Assembly: GCA_038496445.1 (NCBI GenBank)
Contig: JALMLS010000271.1
Span: forward strand, 62,001-126,000
DNA length: 64,000 nucleotides
Direction of reading: 5' to 3'
Source: Trichosphaerium sp. ATCC 40318
Taxonomy: Eukaryota > Protista > Tubulinea
In this document: positions 25,776-39,487 of the stretch, in pieces
How positions within the stretch are numbered: the first letter of the stretch is position 1
How the letters are laid out: every line of letters begins with the position of its first letter
The notes under the pieces: generated by a model
The model's input: only the letters and a program-made list of their open reading frames with translations
Database searches by the model: none
What the model was told of the DNA's origin: nothing
Program-made: the position numbers and the translations under genes

Positions 25776-28115
25776 TGGTAATCGCTAAAAAAAGAAAGTG
25801 CTTCTTTATCGAATGGTCGAAATAAAAACCAAAAACGCGCCGTCTTATACTAAGAAGAGTTTTTCCCTTTATGCATGAGCTCCCGGTAATTTCGTATTAA
25901 AATTTTGACACTTCAAAACGCACTATAATGTAGCCCAACAGTTGTTTCTACGCTCAACTAAACAGTTGAAACCCACCAAATATCAAACGATGATTACTGT
26001 GCGTTTATCACGTGCTACCTCACAAATTGCCTCCAAAATATAGAAAACTCTTCACTTATACTAGAAGTAAAGCGTGTAAAGTATTTACAAAAATGGAGAA
26101 AACAGAGGGTCACACGCGCATCTAAGTCAACAAAAGCAACGCTTGTAGTGTCAAATTTAATACGCAATTAACGATTCTCATATACTGAGTGGAATGAACA
26201 GTAACAAAACACCATCTAGGCAAGTCATCGGTTTTATCTACAACAGTTCCCAACCATTTCCTTCAACAAGTGCCATACTTGACATCATATACTTTAATCT
26301 GTCGTTCTCGTATTCTAGCTGTTCACAACGTGTTACTAATTGCTGTAAGTCAATCATGTCTTCATTTCCTAGAACAAAGAATTGATACAAAACAGATTAA
26401 TGAGGTAAATGAACGCACTTGGATTTACACTGTAATCGTAAAAAGGTGGATATGCCACGAAAAATAGATTTTGGTTGTAGACGGTAGACTCATTTGTTGA
26501 GAAATCGGTCGGGCTTTGTATTTCTGATGTTTGGAATGTTGTATTGTTGTTATCCAATTCAGGATCAAACCAAATTGTATCACACGCATCAGAGGTGTCC
26601 ATATTATCAACGTGATATACATATTTGTTATTGGTAGACTCAACTACATGCGAAAAGCCTAGGGCAAAGTGAGAACGTGAGTAAGTTACAACAACAAAAA
26701 AGATCTCAAATAAAAACTTATCGAATAATTAACTTATTCATACCTGTTGCTTTGTGTTGGCACACATCCGAATAATCTGAAGGACAATACGGTTTATCCA
26801 TGTCAGGTGCTCGCGGATGGAATATAACAAACTCATACATCCTTACTTGACCAAACATACAGCTCTTGAATTTCCGTCTTTTTTTCTAAACAAGGATTTT
26901 CAGTTTTTCGTAACTCTTTTACAAACTTACCCTTAAAGTAGATCGTATACAATAGTCGTAAGCGTTTCTTATTACTGATTTCTTATTCTTTCCATAATTT
27001 AAAAATGATTCAACACTTTGATTGTCGAGATAAACAAGCCATCCTGCCATTGTCTCACCATTATCAAAATACACCTATTTAAAAAACAACCTTTAAAAAA
27101 GAACTCAATGATTTCAGTTTTTTTTATGTTTTGCGACATTTCTACATAAAAATGCTACAAGAGCTCATCTACATTCATACGTACATTACATGGTCTCGAA
27201 AGAGATACATTTTGTAGGCAAATGGTGAGGAAGTGTTGTAATAGAGTCATGGCTTTGGGATTTTTAAGTAACTGTAACTTCCTAAAAAAGGATACTCAAC
27301 CAAATGCTGACGTAGTTACATAACTTGTAATGATAATATACCTGGTTAACTCAAGGTACAAAACTGCATAAAGGAAAAAAACGTGGGTACCGCAAAATAG
27401 TAGACGGAAGATACCAACCAACCGTTTAAATACTCAGTATCATTTGTATTCAGGTTTGGTATCCTTCTAATCATTTTAAATCATCGGAGATTTTCTTATT
27501 TAATTGTCCGAGTCAACTTTTGGAGAGAAAACGAAGAAACATACAGCTTTGCCAGTTTTGTAAGAGTTCTAGTGAACTCAAAACATGACGGTTTTTGCGT
27601 TGCGGTAACACTTCCACAATTCATTGAATCATGCCTGTTCACGCTTTCACATTTCTGTTCAACTTATATGGAACGCAGTTATCACTGCGATAAAACGAAG
27701 TTAAATTAACATTACAAACAAAAACAGACGTCCTCCTCGTTAGGCATTGTATTTGCTTGTAGGATAACAGTTCCCATTGTGATGCTTGGTGAGAACTTTC
27801 CAACTATCTTTAGATGCCCTGGTGGCGGTCCCTGAGCCAGTATAATACTCTAAGGTGTTAACCTCATTAATAAAACTTAAAACTATCAGTACAAACTTTC
27901 ACGTGCGTAAAGCGTTTGTTTATCACTATCGGTGGCGCATTGTTTACATCTCATTACAGATTTTGGTAATGGGAGTTTTGTACAATAATATACGGGGTCT
28001 GCAGATATACACATGGTCTGTCGATCTCTCAGGCATACACAAAGGGCATCATTTTTTGTTGATAATGGCGCAAACCAGAAGCTAACTTCTTTAGACAATT
28101 CTTGTTGTTTGATAC
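25776..28115 (-). repeat. About 2.3-kb segment duplicated in inverted orientation at about 45605-47947
   Basis: Reverse-complement matches in coding and flanking DNA, e.g. TGGTAATCGCTAAAAAAAGAAAGTGCTTCTTTATCGAATGG (25776) versus its complement at about 47907-47947. Confidence 0.85.
26238..27870 (-). pseudogene. Putative nuclear-protein family X, copy 1 (in-frame stops in the 5' part)
   Basis: Spliced motifs LLQHFL, GWLVYLDNQSVESFLNYGKNK..IRNAYDYCIRSTLR|KKRRKFKSCMF..YEFVIFHP, an acidic region and C-terminal heptad LQQLVTRCEQLEYENDRLK. Start approximate. Confidence 0.6.
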
Positions 28116-28444
28116 ACACAGTATGCCATAAAAACTAAATTGCGCTTCCCATTAGAGCTGACGTACGTTGTGTAGATGCATAGCAGGTGAATAACACAAA
28201 TCCCCATATAATATTGATTTGGTAATGCACTGATTGGTTAAGTTTGACTACCAAAACGTTTTAGAAGAATATGAACGATTCATAGTGTCTGTTGTATATA
28301 GTTCTCTTTAATGTTCCCCATTTGCTCTAGCAAAGACACTACTCCTAAAATATATATGTGAAGCACAAAGAGCTACACTACCTGTGAGAGGTAAATTCCA
28401 CGTGACTTTTGCAATAAAAATGTTGTACTGTGCAACCGATTTTA

Positions 28445-29410
28445 TTATACTTTTTTACCATTTACATAGTTATCACAACTTAACAACTCACCACTGATTT
28501 CCCAAATCTTATACTTTCCTTCTCGTTTACCATTCACATAAAAACCCTTGATTTTTAATACACCATTAAAATGCCACTTCCTGTACATTCCTTCTCGTTT
28601 GCCATTCACATATTGACAAGTCTCTAACTTCCTACCATCATGACCCCATCGGGTATGTTCTCCTTCTCTTACACCGTTTACATAAAAACAGATCTCCAAC
28701 AGCTGACCATTATCATGCCAGTGCCTGTACTTTCCATCAATCTTACCATTGGTATTATTAAACTTCTTCAACAACTGGCCACTATCATTCCAACACTTGT
28801 ACTCTCCTTCTCGTTTACCATTAACAAAATTAGCTCGTCTCCACAGTATGCCAGCATGATTCCAACTCTCACAAAGTCCTGTACGCTGACCATCAATGTA
28901 ATAAAGTCTCTCACTCATCTGACCGTTAGGATGCCACCTGTTAGCCTCTCCTTCAATTTTACCTTTGACATATTGACAACGCTCTATTAATTGGCCGTTT
29001 TCATACCATTGCTTGTATTCTCCTTCACGCTCACCATTGACATATTGACATTGCTCTACAATCTGACCATTGGTATACCAACGTTTGTACTCTCCTCCTC
29101 TCTTATCGTTCACATACATACATGTCTCTAAAATCTGGCCTTCTTCATACCAACGTTTGTACTCTCCATGACGTTTTCCATGTCTCCAGTGTTGTTCACA
29201 TAAAATTATTGAACTCATCTCATTGATATGTCTTTGTTTAATCCATTTGCCATGTTTTTTTATCTCATTATCAAACCTTGTACTAGTAGCTGCCTGTTTT
29301 GATAATATTGGCCACTTGTAAGACAACGTGTTGTCTAAATCCATAATATCGAGCTGTAACTCAAAAGGAAGATTTAAAAGACAGTAGTTAACCATATTAT
29401 CGTTAAACAT
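28445..29410 (-). CDS. F-box-like N-terminus plus MORN-variant (YwqK-like) 24-aa repeats
   Basis: LLNLPFELQLDIMDL followed by about 11 repeats GEYKRWYxNGQxxExCxYVNGKRE in an uninterrupted 321-aa ORF; probable intron just upstream (29413-29449). Confidence 0.85.
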   Translation of the reverse strand: MFNDNMVNYCLLNLPFELQLDIMDLDNTLSYKWPILSKQAATSTRFDNEIKKHGKWIKQRHINEMSSIILCEQHWRHGKRHGEYKRWYEEGQILETCMYVNDKRGGEYKRWYTNGQIVEQCQYVNGEREGEYKQWYENGQLIERCQYVKGKIEGEANRWHPNGQMSERLYYIDGQRTGLCESWNHAGILWRRANFVNGKREGEYKCWNDSGQLLKKFNNTNGKIDGKYRHWHDNGQLLEICFYVNGVREGEHTRWGHDGRKLETCQYVNGKREGMYRKWHFNGVLKIKGFYVNGKREGKYKIWEISGELLSCDNYVNGKKV

Positions 29411-30883
29411 CCCTGAAAATATCCTTAGTGAACTGACAATGTAACTTACGTTATATGGTTTTTAGTCGGGTATTTAAAGTCAATCAAAATCAAGTTGTCA
29501 TTACAAACCCACCAAGTCATGGCACATAACAACTTTGGTAAGCTTACCAGGTGGTTGTAAGGCGATTATTTGGAGTATGTCATTACACTTCGATCTTGAA
29601 CGTGGCACTCATTTGTGGGAACAAATTTCGGAGCCTGATCGGGCAAGCTGAGATGGCGCTACGGCTTGTTTGAAAAAAAAAATTACCCTCGAGTCTTTGC
29701 GCCACATCTGCGCTTGATTTTCTTTTCCAGTATTACAATGCAACGTGAAAAAGTGCTAAAACGAGTAATTCCACGATCAACTTTAAGTGCGCATTAAAGC
29801 GTAAAAAGGGAAAATCGTTTAGTTGCACGTTTGACGAACAAAATATCGCCAAAACGGTTCTCACACGTATAAACAGGTTGCACAACGCTTTGTAAGCATT
29901 TCAAAGTGTGCATTATCCATATTTGAGTATTATTAGTGGATATTTCTGTGAACTCTATCCCACAATTTATTTTTTGGATATTATGTTGTGCATAAAAGTA
30001 TTGTTGGATTTCCATATTAATGTGAAAGAGATCGAGGTTTCTTTCATAAAAAAACAACGGCTGTACAATGAGTATGATATAATAGAGTACACACAAGAAG
30101 GCAATTTTATCTTCCAACACATCGTGACTTGATGTAAGAGTTGGGTAGCAAGGTCTAGTGCACAGTGTATTCTAGTATCCGTCTCATTGAGGTGGGCTGC
30201 CATCGAAATTGGCTCAAGGCTTTGATGTAGAAGATCAAGCTTTGGCTGCCATTGGACTTGGCCTCCAGGAGCTTGCTTCCTAAGGGCCCTCAACTGCTAT
30301 CTTCGGGTTCTACAACTGATGATTAAGGTAGTTGCGTTGCTTTTTTGTAACATATTCTACACTGTTCGTGGCGATAGTCGCTCATGTTTTTCTAGTAGTT
30401 ACAGTTGTTGTAACTGTGTTTTTTCAGTAATTGTACTGAGAAGGACTCTGTATTCTGCCATCAGCCTCTAGTACTGTTGTTTTTAAGTACAATAAATGAG
30501 TATTGCTTACATCATTGTTGCCGAAAACTCTCCTTGCCACTAGGTCTATCTATTATATATTAAATATATTAGCATATATTTCGCTATATAGCGTTACATC
30601 TCGGACTCACGGAGCCCGTTGAGTCTCAGGTCATAAACTGAATACTGAACATACATTGTGAATGTAAGAATGCTACCTCCTGCTGCAGAAGGCGGGAGTG
30701 CTACCTCGTAGACTAAAGAGTTACAAGTTGGTTCACCCCATTAGTACTATGTACTAGCAAAATTACATCGCTAGATGCTGATATGCATATACAGTCTCAG
30801 AGTCCGTATTAATACTCTGAGCATTCAATGAAGCCACGCTACTTCACGCGACGAACGGAAATTTTCAATCAAAAAAATTTACT

Positions 30884-32851
30884 ATGCACGCATCAGCAGG
30901 GTTTATAGTTATTGTTCTATCTTCTTTGTTTACGCATACACTCTCCCAAGGTACTGACGCGATAGCAATTGGTAGGGATTTCGAGCAGAGGCCCAATGGG
31001 TTTCAAATACGAGCACTAGATGATCCAACAATGGTTCTACGAAGTAATATGCATAAAAAACACATGCTGGACTATTTTAGCTAAATCACTTCATTTAGCG
31101 TGTTCATACGGTGATAGTGATTTTACGCCTATTTCATTGTCATATTTACCATCAGAAGGCTTACTAATAGGAAGAGGTTTTAGCACATTGTTTCAAGTAA
31201 ATCCACGCACGTGCGAAACAGTATGCTTCTTTTGGTTATTAATATTGCCATAATAATTGTTGTAGACTTCTTGTCTGATTAGTTCTCTCATTCAGTACAT
31301 TGCTGTGGATAAGGCAACGCAAACTCTATACGGTATTACAGAACTAGGTTTTGTTGCCGTGATTGATCCGAATGACTGCTCTTTTTGTCACTATTGTAAA
31401 GTGGACACAACAGATTTATTTCGAACAACTGGAAGTGCGTTTGTCCTTTGTTCTAATCCATTTATTTTGAAATCATAGTTGAGATAGTTGGTGATACCTT
31501 GTACATATCTGGAACTGCGAAATTTGGTATAGCACCATTGTCAGGACCTATGGCTTGTGTTGTTACTCAAACATCAGACTTTGAAACCTTAGCTATTCCA
31601 ACAGGTACAATTTTTTTTGCCGGCCTCAGAAATTATTTACTTCGTCCACGTGTTACCTAGCTTATGTTGCCTAGACCTTACTGCAATATCAGATAATCAA
31701 ATTCTTGGCGCATATAATTTATTTAGCACTTTTTACACTTTTGATATTATGACCTCAATGATAACTACGCTCACAACAACTTTACCCTCTACGGGAACTG
31801 GCTTTTCTGCACTATTTTTTGAAGGAACTTTGCCACCGCCACCTCCTCCAGATGAAACAACAATGCCTCCTGTAATGCCAACGCCACCTCCAACACAAGC
31901 GCCTCAAGGAGGTGTGATTGATACTTTGATCGCTGCAAAAGGGGATACAATACCAGGATTTGATTATCGCTCACTTTCAGACACAACCACTATTTTAGGA
32001 TGTACGAATATACTTCGATTAAATCATGATCCAACTAATGATCTTTTGATAGCATGTGATAATCCTGAATTGGAAACAGATCCGGTTGGATTGGCATATA
32101 GCGCTGTGTATGATAGAGTGCTGTACTTGAACAAAAACCAAAAGATATTCTCTGTTAATCCTTACACTTGTGAAATTGTACGTCATATTCTTAGCAGGAT
32201 ACATTAGTTCTTATCCCTTTGTTTTAGGACAAAACATGTTTTGTTACTATAACATTATCTGGATTGATGATAGACAAAGACAGTGGAAGAATATTCGTAC
32301 CCGTAGAGGGCATAGAAACTTATAATTATGAACTTGACTTAGACAACTGTAAATTTAGCATTTTTTGCGCTGATAAACCTCGCTTTGCTAGTGGCGGTAC
32401 ATTACATAAATGCTGCATAATTGTATATACTTTGCTAACCTATTTTAACAGGAGAAATTCTTGATGGTGTCTTGTACCTTGGTGGGTCTGGTAGCAATGC
32501 TTTTATACTGGTTATACCTGATTTTATATCTGGATCTTGTCAGTTGTCACGCTCAATTCGCGTAGGTTGTACAATTGGTGGTAAGTCCTACAGATTTGTT
32601 AACATTATTGGTAAAGTACAGTCACATTTATCCTGTGTTTAGGTTTAACAGCAATATCACCAACCACTTTAATTGCTTCGTGTACAGATGGGAGTTACCA
32701 CTCTGTAGATGTCACCACTGATGAAGTTACAACCTTTGATATTGATGCTCCGACTAGCCTTGGTATATCTGCTTTTAATTTCAATCCTCCAGCCCCAGCG
32801 TTTGTTGATAGAGAACGTTGTGTAAGGCGATTGTCACAATCATTTATGTAA
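30884..32851 (+). CDS. Secreted tandem-domain family, copy F
   Basis: Signal peptide MHASAGFIVIVLSSLFTHTLSQ, all family motifs, ends PAFVDRERCVRRLSQSFM*. Confidence 0.85.
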
Positions 32852-33511
32852 CCAATAGAAACACCAATAACCAATAATTTTTATTTCTGCTATACCTGTC
32901 TGGATCAGTGAAAGCGCTACAGTTTGTGTACCGTCTTTGTGCTAAATTTTACCTGCGTCCGCGGTGTAAACTACCTAACCCATATCACGATTTAGCACTA
33001 GCGTTGAGGTACATGAAAAGTTGTGGCACGTGAACTGCTGCTTGTCTGAAACAGTTGTAGAACATACCTTTCCAGAACACGCTTCAGCACATATCATTCG
33101 CAATAGAGTGGCTCAAAGGAGACTTTCCTAAAATGACAAGAAGTCAAATGGCGTTGTGATTATATTTTTTTATGCTACTTCTACAGCGAAACAAACAATA
33201 CAAACAAATGATAACACCTGTTTTTCAGATATTATTGTTAGTTGACGTAATCTACCTAATGCAAAAATAGCTCTAAACCCAAACTTGAAACACTGCCATA
33301 TTGAATTAGACAAGTGATTTTATTTGTTTAGGCTTCTTTGACAGAGTATGAATATCCGACGAAGGTTTAGCATCTGGGGGATGTAGTTACACAACATTAA
33401 AACTTAAGTGTTTGACAATCATTCGTGCTACTATTGCAGTTGAACCATAGTACCAAAGTTTGGTGGAGAATGTTAATATGTATTTTGTCTTACAGTTGTT
33501 GTTTACATGTA

Positions 33512-35437
33512 TTATAGTATTGATTGTGACAATCGCCTTACACACCGCTCTCTATCAACAAACACTGGCGCTACAGGTGGAGGTGGTGGATTGTAATTAA
33601 ATGCAGATATACTAAAGGCTGTTGCATCAACATCAAAGGCAGTTACAGTATCAGTGGTGATGTCAATAGAGATGTAAGTTCCTCCAAAACAAGCAGCAAC
33701 CAATGTACTTGATGATATTGATGTTAAACCTGAATAAATTGTAAGTTGTCATGCGCTACACTACACAATGTATGTGAACAGCTTACTAGTAATATAGCAA
33801 TCACCAATACCAATTACTCGTGAAGGTTCACATGATCCAGATAGAAAATCAGGCCAAACATCCAATAACCTACTACTACCAACGTATAGAGTACCATCAA
33901 TGATTTCTCCTGTTACAATAAAGTATATTAGTAACTAACACATTTGTGATTGGTTTTTAAATACACGTGCCACCAAAGGTATTTATATCATCCAAGACAC
34001 AAATAGGAGTATATTTACAACTTTCAAAATTAACTTCATAAATAACAGCTCGTTGACCCAGTGCGAATATTCTTCCACTCTCTTTATCTATAACCAAAAC
34101 CATTCTAGTACTGATGGCACATATTTTATCCTTTAAAATTAGTTCACAGTAATAGTTAATACAACGTACAATTTCACACGTGTAAGGATTGACTGAGAAT
34201 ATCTTTTGGATATCACCAGCAGGAATGTATAAGACTCTATCAAGTACAGCGCTGTACTCCAACGTATTTGCATTCATTTCAAATTCAGGATTATCACATG
34301 CTATTAATAGATCATTAGTTGGGCGGATGGCAATTGAAAAGCATTCGTACATCCTAAAATTGTGGTTGTGTCTGAAATCAAGCGATAATCAAATCCTGGT
34401 ATTCCTTCTCCTTTCCCTGTGATAAAAGCATTAATCACACCACCTTGAGGCGCTATTGTTGGAGGTGGTGTTGGAATGACAGGAGGCATTGTTGTATCAT
34501 CTGGAGGAGGTGGCGGTGGCAAAGTTCCTTCAAAAAATAGTGCAGAAATGCCACCTCCAAATAGACGTAATGATGTTGTAAATGGAGTTATCGCTGACGT
34601 TCCAACGTCGAAAGAAAAGAAGCTATCTTGAGAAACGATAATAATTTGATTATCTGATACTGCAGTAATGTCTAGGTAACGAATAGTAAGCACAAAAGGA
34701 GAACGAAAAGTGTGTACCTCCTAAAGAGAATCCAGCGTCCACTGTTTCAGTAAGGACACAGGCCATAGGTCCTGTTAGAGGTGCTATACCCAATTTTGTC
34801 CGGCCAGCAATGTACAATGTATCACCGATTATCTCAACTGTTACAAAACCTGAATTAGCACAAAATACAAAACAGATTTGCTAGCTAAAAGACGCACTTC
34901 CAGGAGTAACGTCTAAATCTGTTACATCCACTTGACAATAAGCACATACCGAACAATCTGTTGGATCAATCACGGCAATATGACCGTCTAGTGTTGCGCT
35001 ATATACTATTTGTGTTGCCTTATCAACAACAACACGTGCAAAATAATCACTCAGGTCACAAGTATTCTGAAAAGTAAATCAAATTAACCTTCTTACCCTC
35101 CAAGGAAGCGTACCTTTACTTCACACGTGCGTGGATCTACCTGTGCTAAACTTGATGGACTACCCGTCTTAATAAACAGTGTATGCGTTGATGGCAAATA
35201 TGACGTTGATACAGACAAACCAGGGAGGTCACATGCTAAATAAAAATAGTAAATATTCTGGCTAATACAAAAAGCTCTTTGAATAATACTTTGTAGAACC
35301 ATTGTTGGATCATCCATTAATCGTATTTCAAACCCTGTTTCCAGTTCGTCTTTAATTACAAATGCGTTATTATCTTGTGAGAGTGTATACGCAAATAAAC
35401 AGGTTAGAATGAGGAATAATAAAGGTGTTGTGTTCAT
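33512..35437 (-). CDS. Secreted tandem-domain family, copy G
   Basis: MNTTPLLFLILTCLFAYTLSQ through PVFVDRERCVRRLSQSIL*. Confidence 0.85.
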
Positions 35438-36141
35438 TTGAGTGTTGTTACACGTAATAGAAACTACTTCAAATACACAATGAAAAAACACCTTCATTGA
35501 GAAGTGACATTTACGTTCACATTGTGTCATTTGTCTCCATTTTTCTGTTATTTCTTTGAAGTTCACATTCAGGTTCCATTAGAAAAGTGTAATGAGTTAT
35601 CTATCTCGGATATCAGATAAACGTGACTAGGAATCATACGCATATTTTGCGGAAAGGTGATGTGGTTTTAAGGTCGTTTACTGTCTTTTACAAGAAAGAC
35701 ATAAATCTATTTTCTAATGCGAGTTTTCTACCCTTTGCACCTCAATGACAATAGAAACAAAGAAGCACTTTCAAACTCATGTTAAGTTAGCAGACAGAAA
35801 ATGTTTGTGTCCAACTGTGGGTGTCAGTTTTATATGAGCTGCGACATGTTACTATCACTGATATACTAAGATTGCTTTGGTGCTTTTCTTCTTGTACACC
35901 ATTGACGCAAAAACTTCACTCTTTCTGGTTTTTAAGCAATGCCAGCTACATACCTACCAAACAAATGACACAATATTTCACGAAATACGAAAGGCAATAT
36001 AGACGTGTTTGTACAAGATTGGAAGTAATTTATTTTTGGACAGTTTGTGTTGCAAACTGTCTTTTGTTCTTTTTGAGCAAGTAAAAACAACAACAGTACA
36101 GTTGTTGCACGTGAAACCCAAAGAAAAAAGACCCAAAAAAA

Positions 36142-39100
36142 TTAGTTAAGGCCTTCCCAAGAATCTGGCCATTCTCTACCCCAACCTAGACATCCTTCAT
36201 CAGCAAACAACCCAAAGGGAAAAAAAAAAAAAAACGAAAAAAAAAATTCAATACAAGCACGTGATACACGTGGAACAAACAACAAAGAAGACCAAACACA
36301 TGAAGAAAAACAATAAACTTTTTTAAACAATGTCGATTTTTTGTATCACGTGATAAATGTACACGACCAAGAAGTAAAAGAAAACTGCAAAAAAAAAAAA
36401 AAAATTGCACGCACCGTGGTTTGCAACAGGAATGTTTGTAAAATGATCCATAACAGAATATCTCTCAGGATACTTATAAGATGTCCAATATACATGCTTA
36501 TCATTTGGAATTTGCTTCATGTATCCACGTAACCGTGTAATATATCCAGTAAAAGTAGATAACCTACAAAAAAAAAGTAAGAAAACGAAAAAAAAGTTAT
36601 AAGCAGAAACTGCTCATGAGGCATAAAATTGTTGCATTTAAATAATGGAGCGTGTATTGAAGACATATATAATTATGTTCAGAAAGTCTAAAAAACATTC
36701 TTTTGACTACACGCCATAGAATGGTTATTTGAAGAAAAAAAAATGGACCAAAATTTTCCGTACAATGTGCCAACGAACACCCTACCCTGGGTGCATAATA
36801 CCATCTCTGTTGGAGGTATCCAAATCTTTTTCACACCATCTGAGTGTAAATGAGAGTATTGACTCCAGTATACAATATGATAACGCTTCTTGAAAACAGA
36901 AACAAACTCTTTTTCAAAAACATCAGGTTTCTCATCAGTAGCAACATAAATTGTTTCTCCTTCCTACAAAAAGAGATTAGAATTTAACAACATGTAACAA
37001 CAAAAATAATAACTAGAGTATCAATAATATACTACCAGGAGCAGTAAAAAGGTTATAGTGTGAAACAAAAACTTGTAGCACAACAAAGTCAAAAAAAAAA
37101 AATCTGTTTGAAAAAAAAATACCAAATGACGTACTTTGAATAGTCCTAAAGTGTTATTGTATATCAATTCTGGTTTTAGGTTTCTTTGGTCTTTATACTC
37201 TAAGGAAAAATATCAATAAATCATAACAAGACAATGGAAACCAAGGAACCGCGAGAAACGGCAAAAAAAAACCAAAAAAATAAACAGCAGTGTCTAATCA
37301 ACATACGTAAATCCCCTCTACGATAATGCATCGTTGAGAAAGAAGGAGGTAAGCAAGCCAATATTCTAGCAGCAGTCTCATAAATCTCTTTACGGAAATG
37401 AACATGATCCTAAATTGAAGAAAATTAACTCAACAACAAAGACAAACAACAGAAAAAAAAATCTCAAAAAAATACTTTGGGGTCAGCTGACAAAAAATTG
37501 GTGCATTTTGTTATGATCACGGAATCTCTCAAACAGAAGAAAAGTATTACTTGGTGTTAAAGAAAAGTAAAACTTAACTTCTATTCAAGAGGAGTATTCA
37601 CCTATCCGTTCTAACGCGGTGATAATCACACCCAAAACAAAACAGAAAAAAAGTGTGAAAACTTAATGAAAAAAAAAAGCAGGAACAAACAAGGATCACC
37701 AAGCGATCACACGTGCCTTGACAAGTTGACGAATTTGTGTGTACAAAGGATTAGTCTTTTGAAAGTAGAACCAAGAGTAATAATGATTGAAAAGTGTAGA
37801 AGGAGGGAAGTACAAGACATAAGATGTGTTGAATTCTGAAGAAAAAAATACAAGTTAGACGAAACCAAATAAACCACTCTGTGACGTACTTGGTACACTG
37901 AAAGAATCATAAGTATTCCTTGCTCTTTTATGTATAATATCTTCCATCTCTTTAAACTCAGGTGTACCCTCAGCAGGTGTTTTTGGCCAAACAAACTGAG
38001 TGACTTGATGAGGAACATTCTTCCAAGAGCAAATAGCACTATCTTTGTTTTCCTTCGCCCACCAATTTTCTGGACCGTAACTCTTTGACATCTCTGTAAA
38101 TTCTTCATGTGCAATAACAGGAATACCACTCTTCATGTGTTCATAGTTATAGACCTATAACACGCCGATAAATTTGAGAGAAAAGTTGATGCTGTCGGAC
38201 TTACATCTTGGTATCCTTGTCTATCAGGGATAGGATGCTGTACATACTTCTTAGGTACTACCAAGGTACGCTTAGTAAGGAAGCTCATTACATAAACCAT
38301 TTCAAGCGAAATACGACGATTATTAAGTCCAGCTTGCCTATAAGAGATAATGAGACTTACGCAACAAAAAAAAACAATTAAAAAAAACAAGCGTCAAGTA
38401 CCATGGAATAAAAGCAAGAATCCTTGACTTATCAATAGGTTTTTCAGTAGGATTAGGATGCCAATATTTCATATGCTCAAACCATTTACCTAATTAGGAA
38501 GGTTATAAAACCCAAACAAACAAAAAACCAAAAATTCGCGACAATTTTTCGAAAAAAAAAATTGTGCAAGTACGTACTCTGTACAACTGCAACATCAGGG
38601 ATTGTACACTGACTTGGTGCTTGACCATCTACACCATAGCTTGGTGGAGCGTTAGGAATAGCAACCGCTGCTGTAGGGGGAGCTATTGGAGGAGCGGTTG
38701 GCGCTGCTGTTTGAGCCACTGTTGGTGGCGCTGTTTGCGCTACTTGCGGCTTCTCAGGTAGTTTACCAGCATCGCTACGACCCTACATGCACGTTTTAGT
38801 AATATAATCAACGAGAGTTATCGGGGCGACGTTTGAGCGCTATTCGACGCATCTTTCGTCAGCTGCTTTCCAGTACATACCGAAGCGAGTGCTTCATAGA
38901 GCGTCTCAAGGGTTTTAACACTCTTTCGAAGTTTTTCGACCTAAAATAGTTTATTAACGTTAAAGATAGGCGTAAGTGCGTATGCGAAGTAAGCGTGATG
39001 AATTGTGATGCATCATACACGTTTTGAACCACACCTTCGCCGTGACATGAAACGAGGTAATTGGTGCGTTCATTCGCTTATTCGTACGCGCAAAAACGAA

Positions 39101-39371
39101 GTGTGGCTCAAATTGGCGCGTTTAAAAAAAAGTTGCGGCCTGATAGGGAAATCAATATTTGATGTGGGTACCTCCAGTTCTAGCTGTAGATATTTTTTAT
39201 CGTCCTGGCTACGAGATTGAAACACAAATGTCATAAGTATGGTTGATGCTACCACAATCACTGCCAATAATATATAAGTGATATTAGGCGCTGCTAAAAG
39301 GGTTTTAAAAAAAATGTCTACGTTGCGATGTTTCGAAAGTACGCTATTGCGCTACAAACTAACATACCCAT
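36142..39371 (-). CDS. GDP-fucose O-fucosyltransferase-like type II membrane glycosyltransferase (multi-exon)
   Basis: N-terminal TM (ITYILLAVIVVASTILMTFVF), Pro/Ala stem, AGLNNRRISLE...KRTLVVP, HVHFRKEI, MHYRRGD, IYVATDE, TGYITRLRGY, terminal WGREWPDSW. Confidence 0.78.
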
Positions 39372-39487
39372 GCTAGCTGGCGTAGTATAACAGTTGGTAT
39401 CGCTAATACTCAATTTACGAAACAACAAAAGTCTTGGAGGCCATTTTTTCTTCAACTTGTTTTTTTGTAGCTTTTTGAAACAACAAT

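Noticed and set aside
29794-30300. Protein-coding gene from overlapping 74-108-aa ORFs
   Set aside because: No recognisable motifs or consistent splice structure; possibly a decayed element.
30595-30660. Dispersed repeat shared with about 42165-42222
   Set aside because: The inverted similarity is short and patchy, with no clear termini or TSD.
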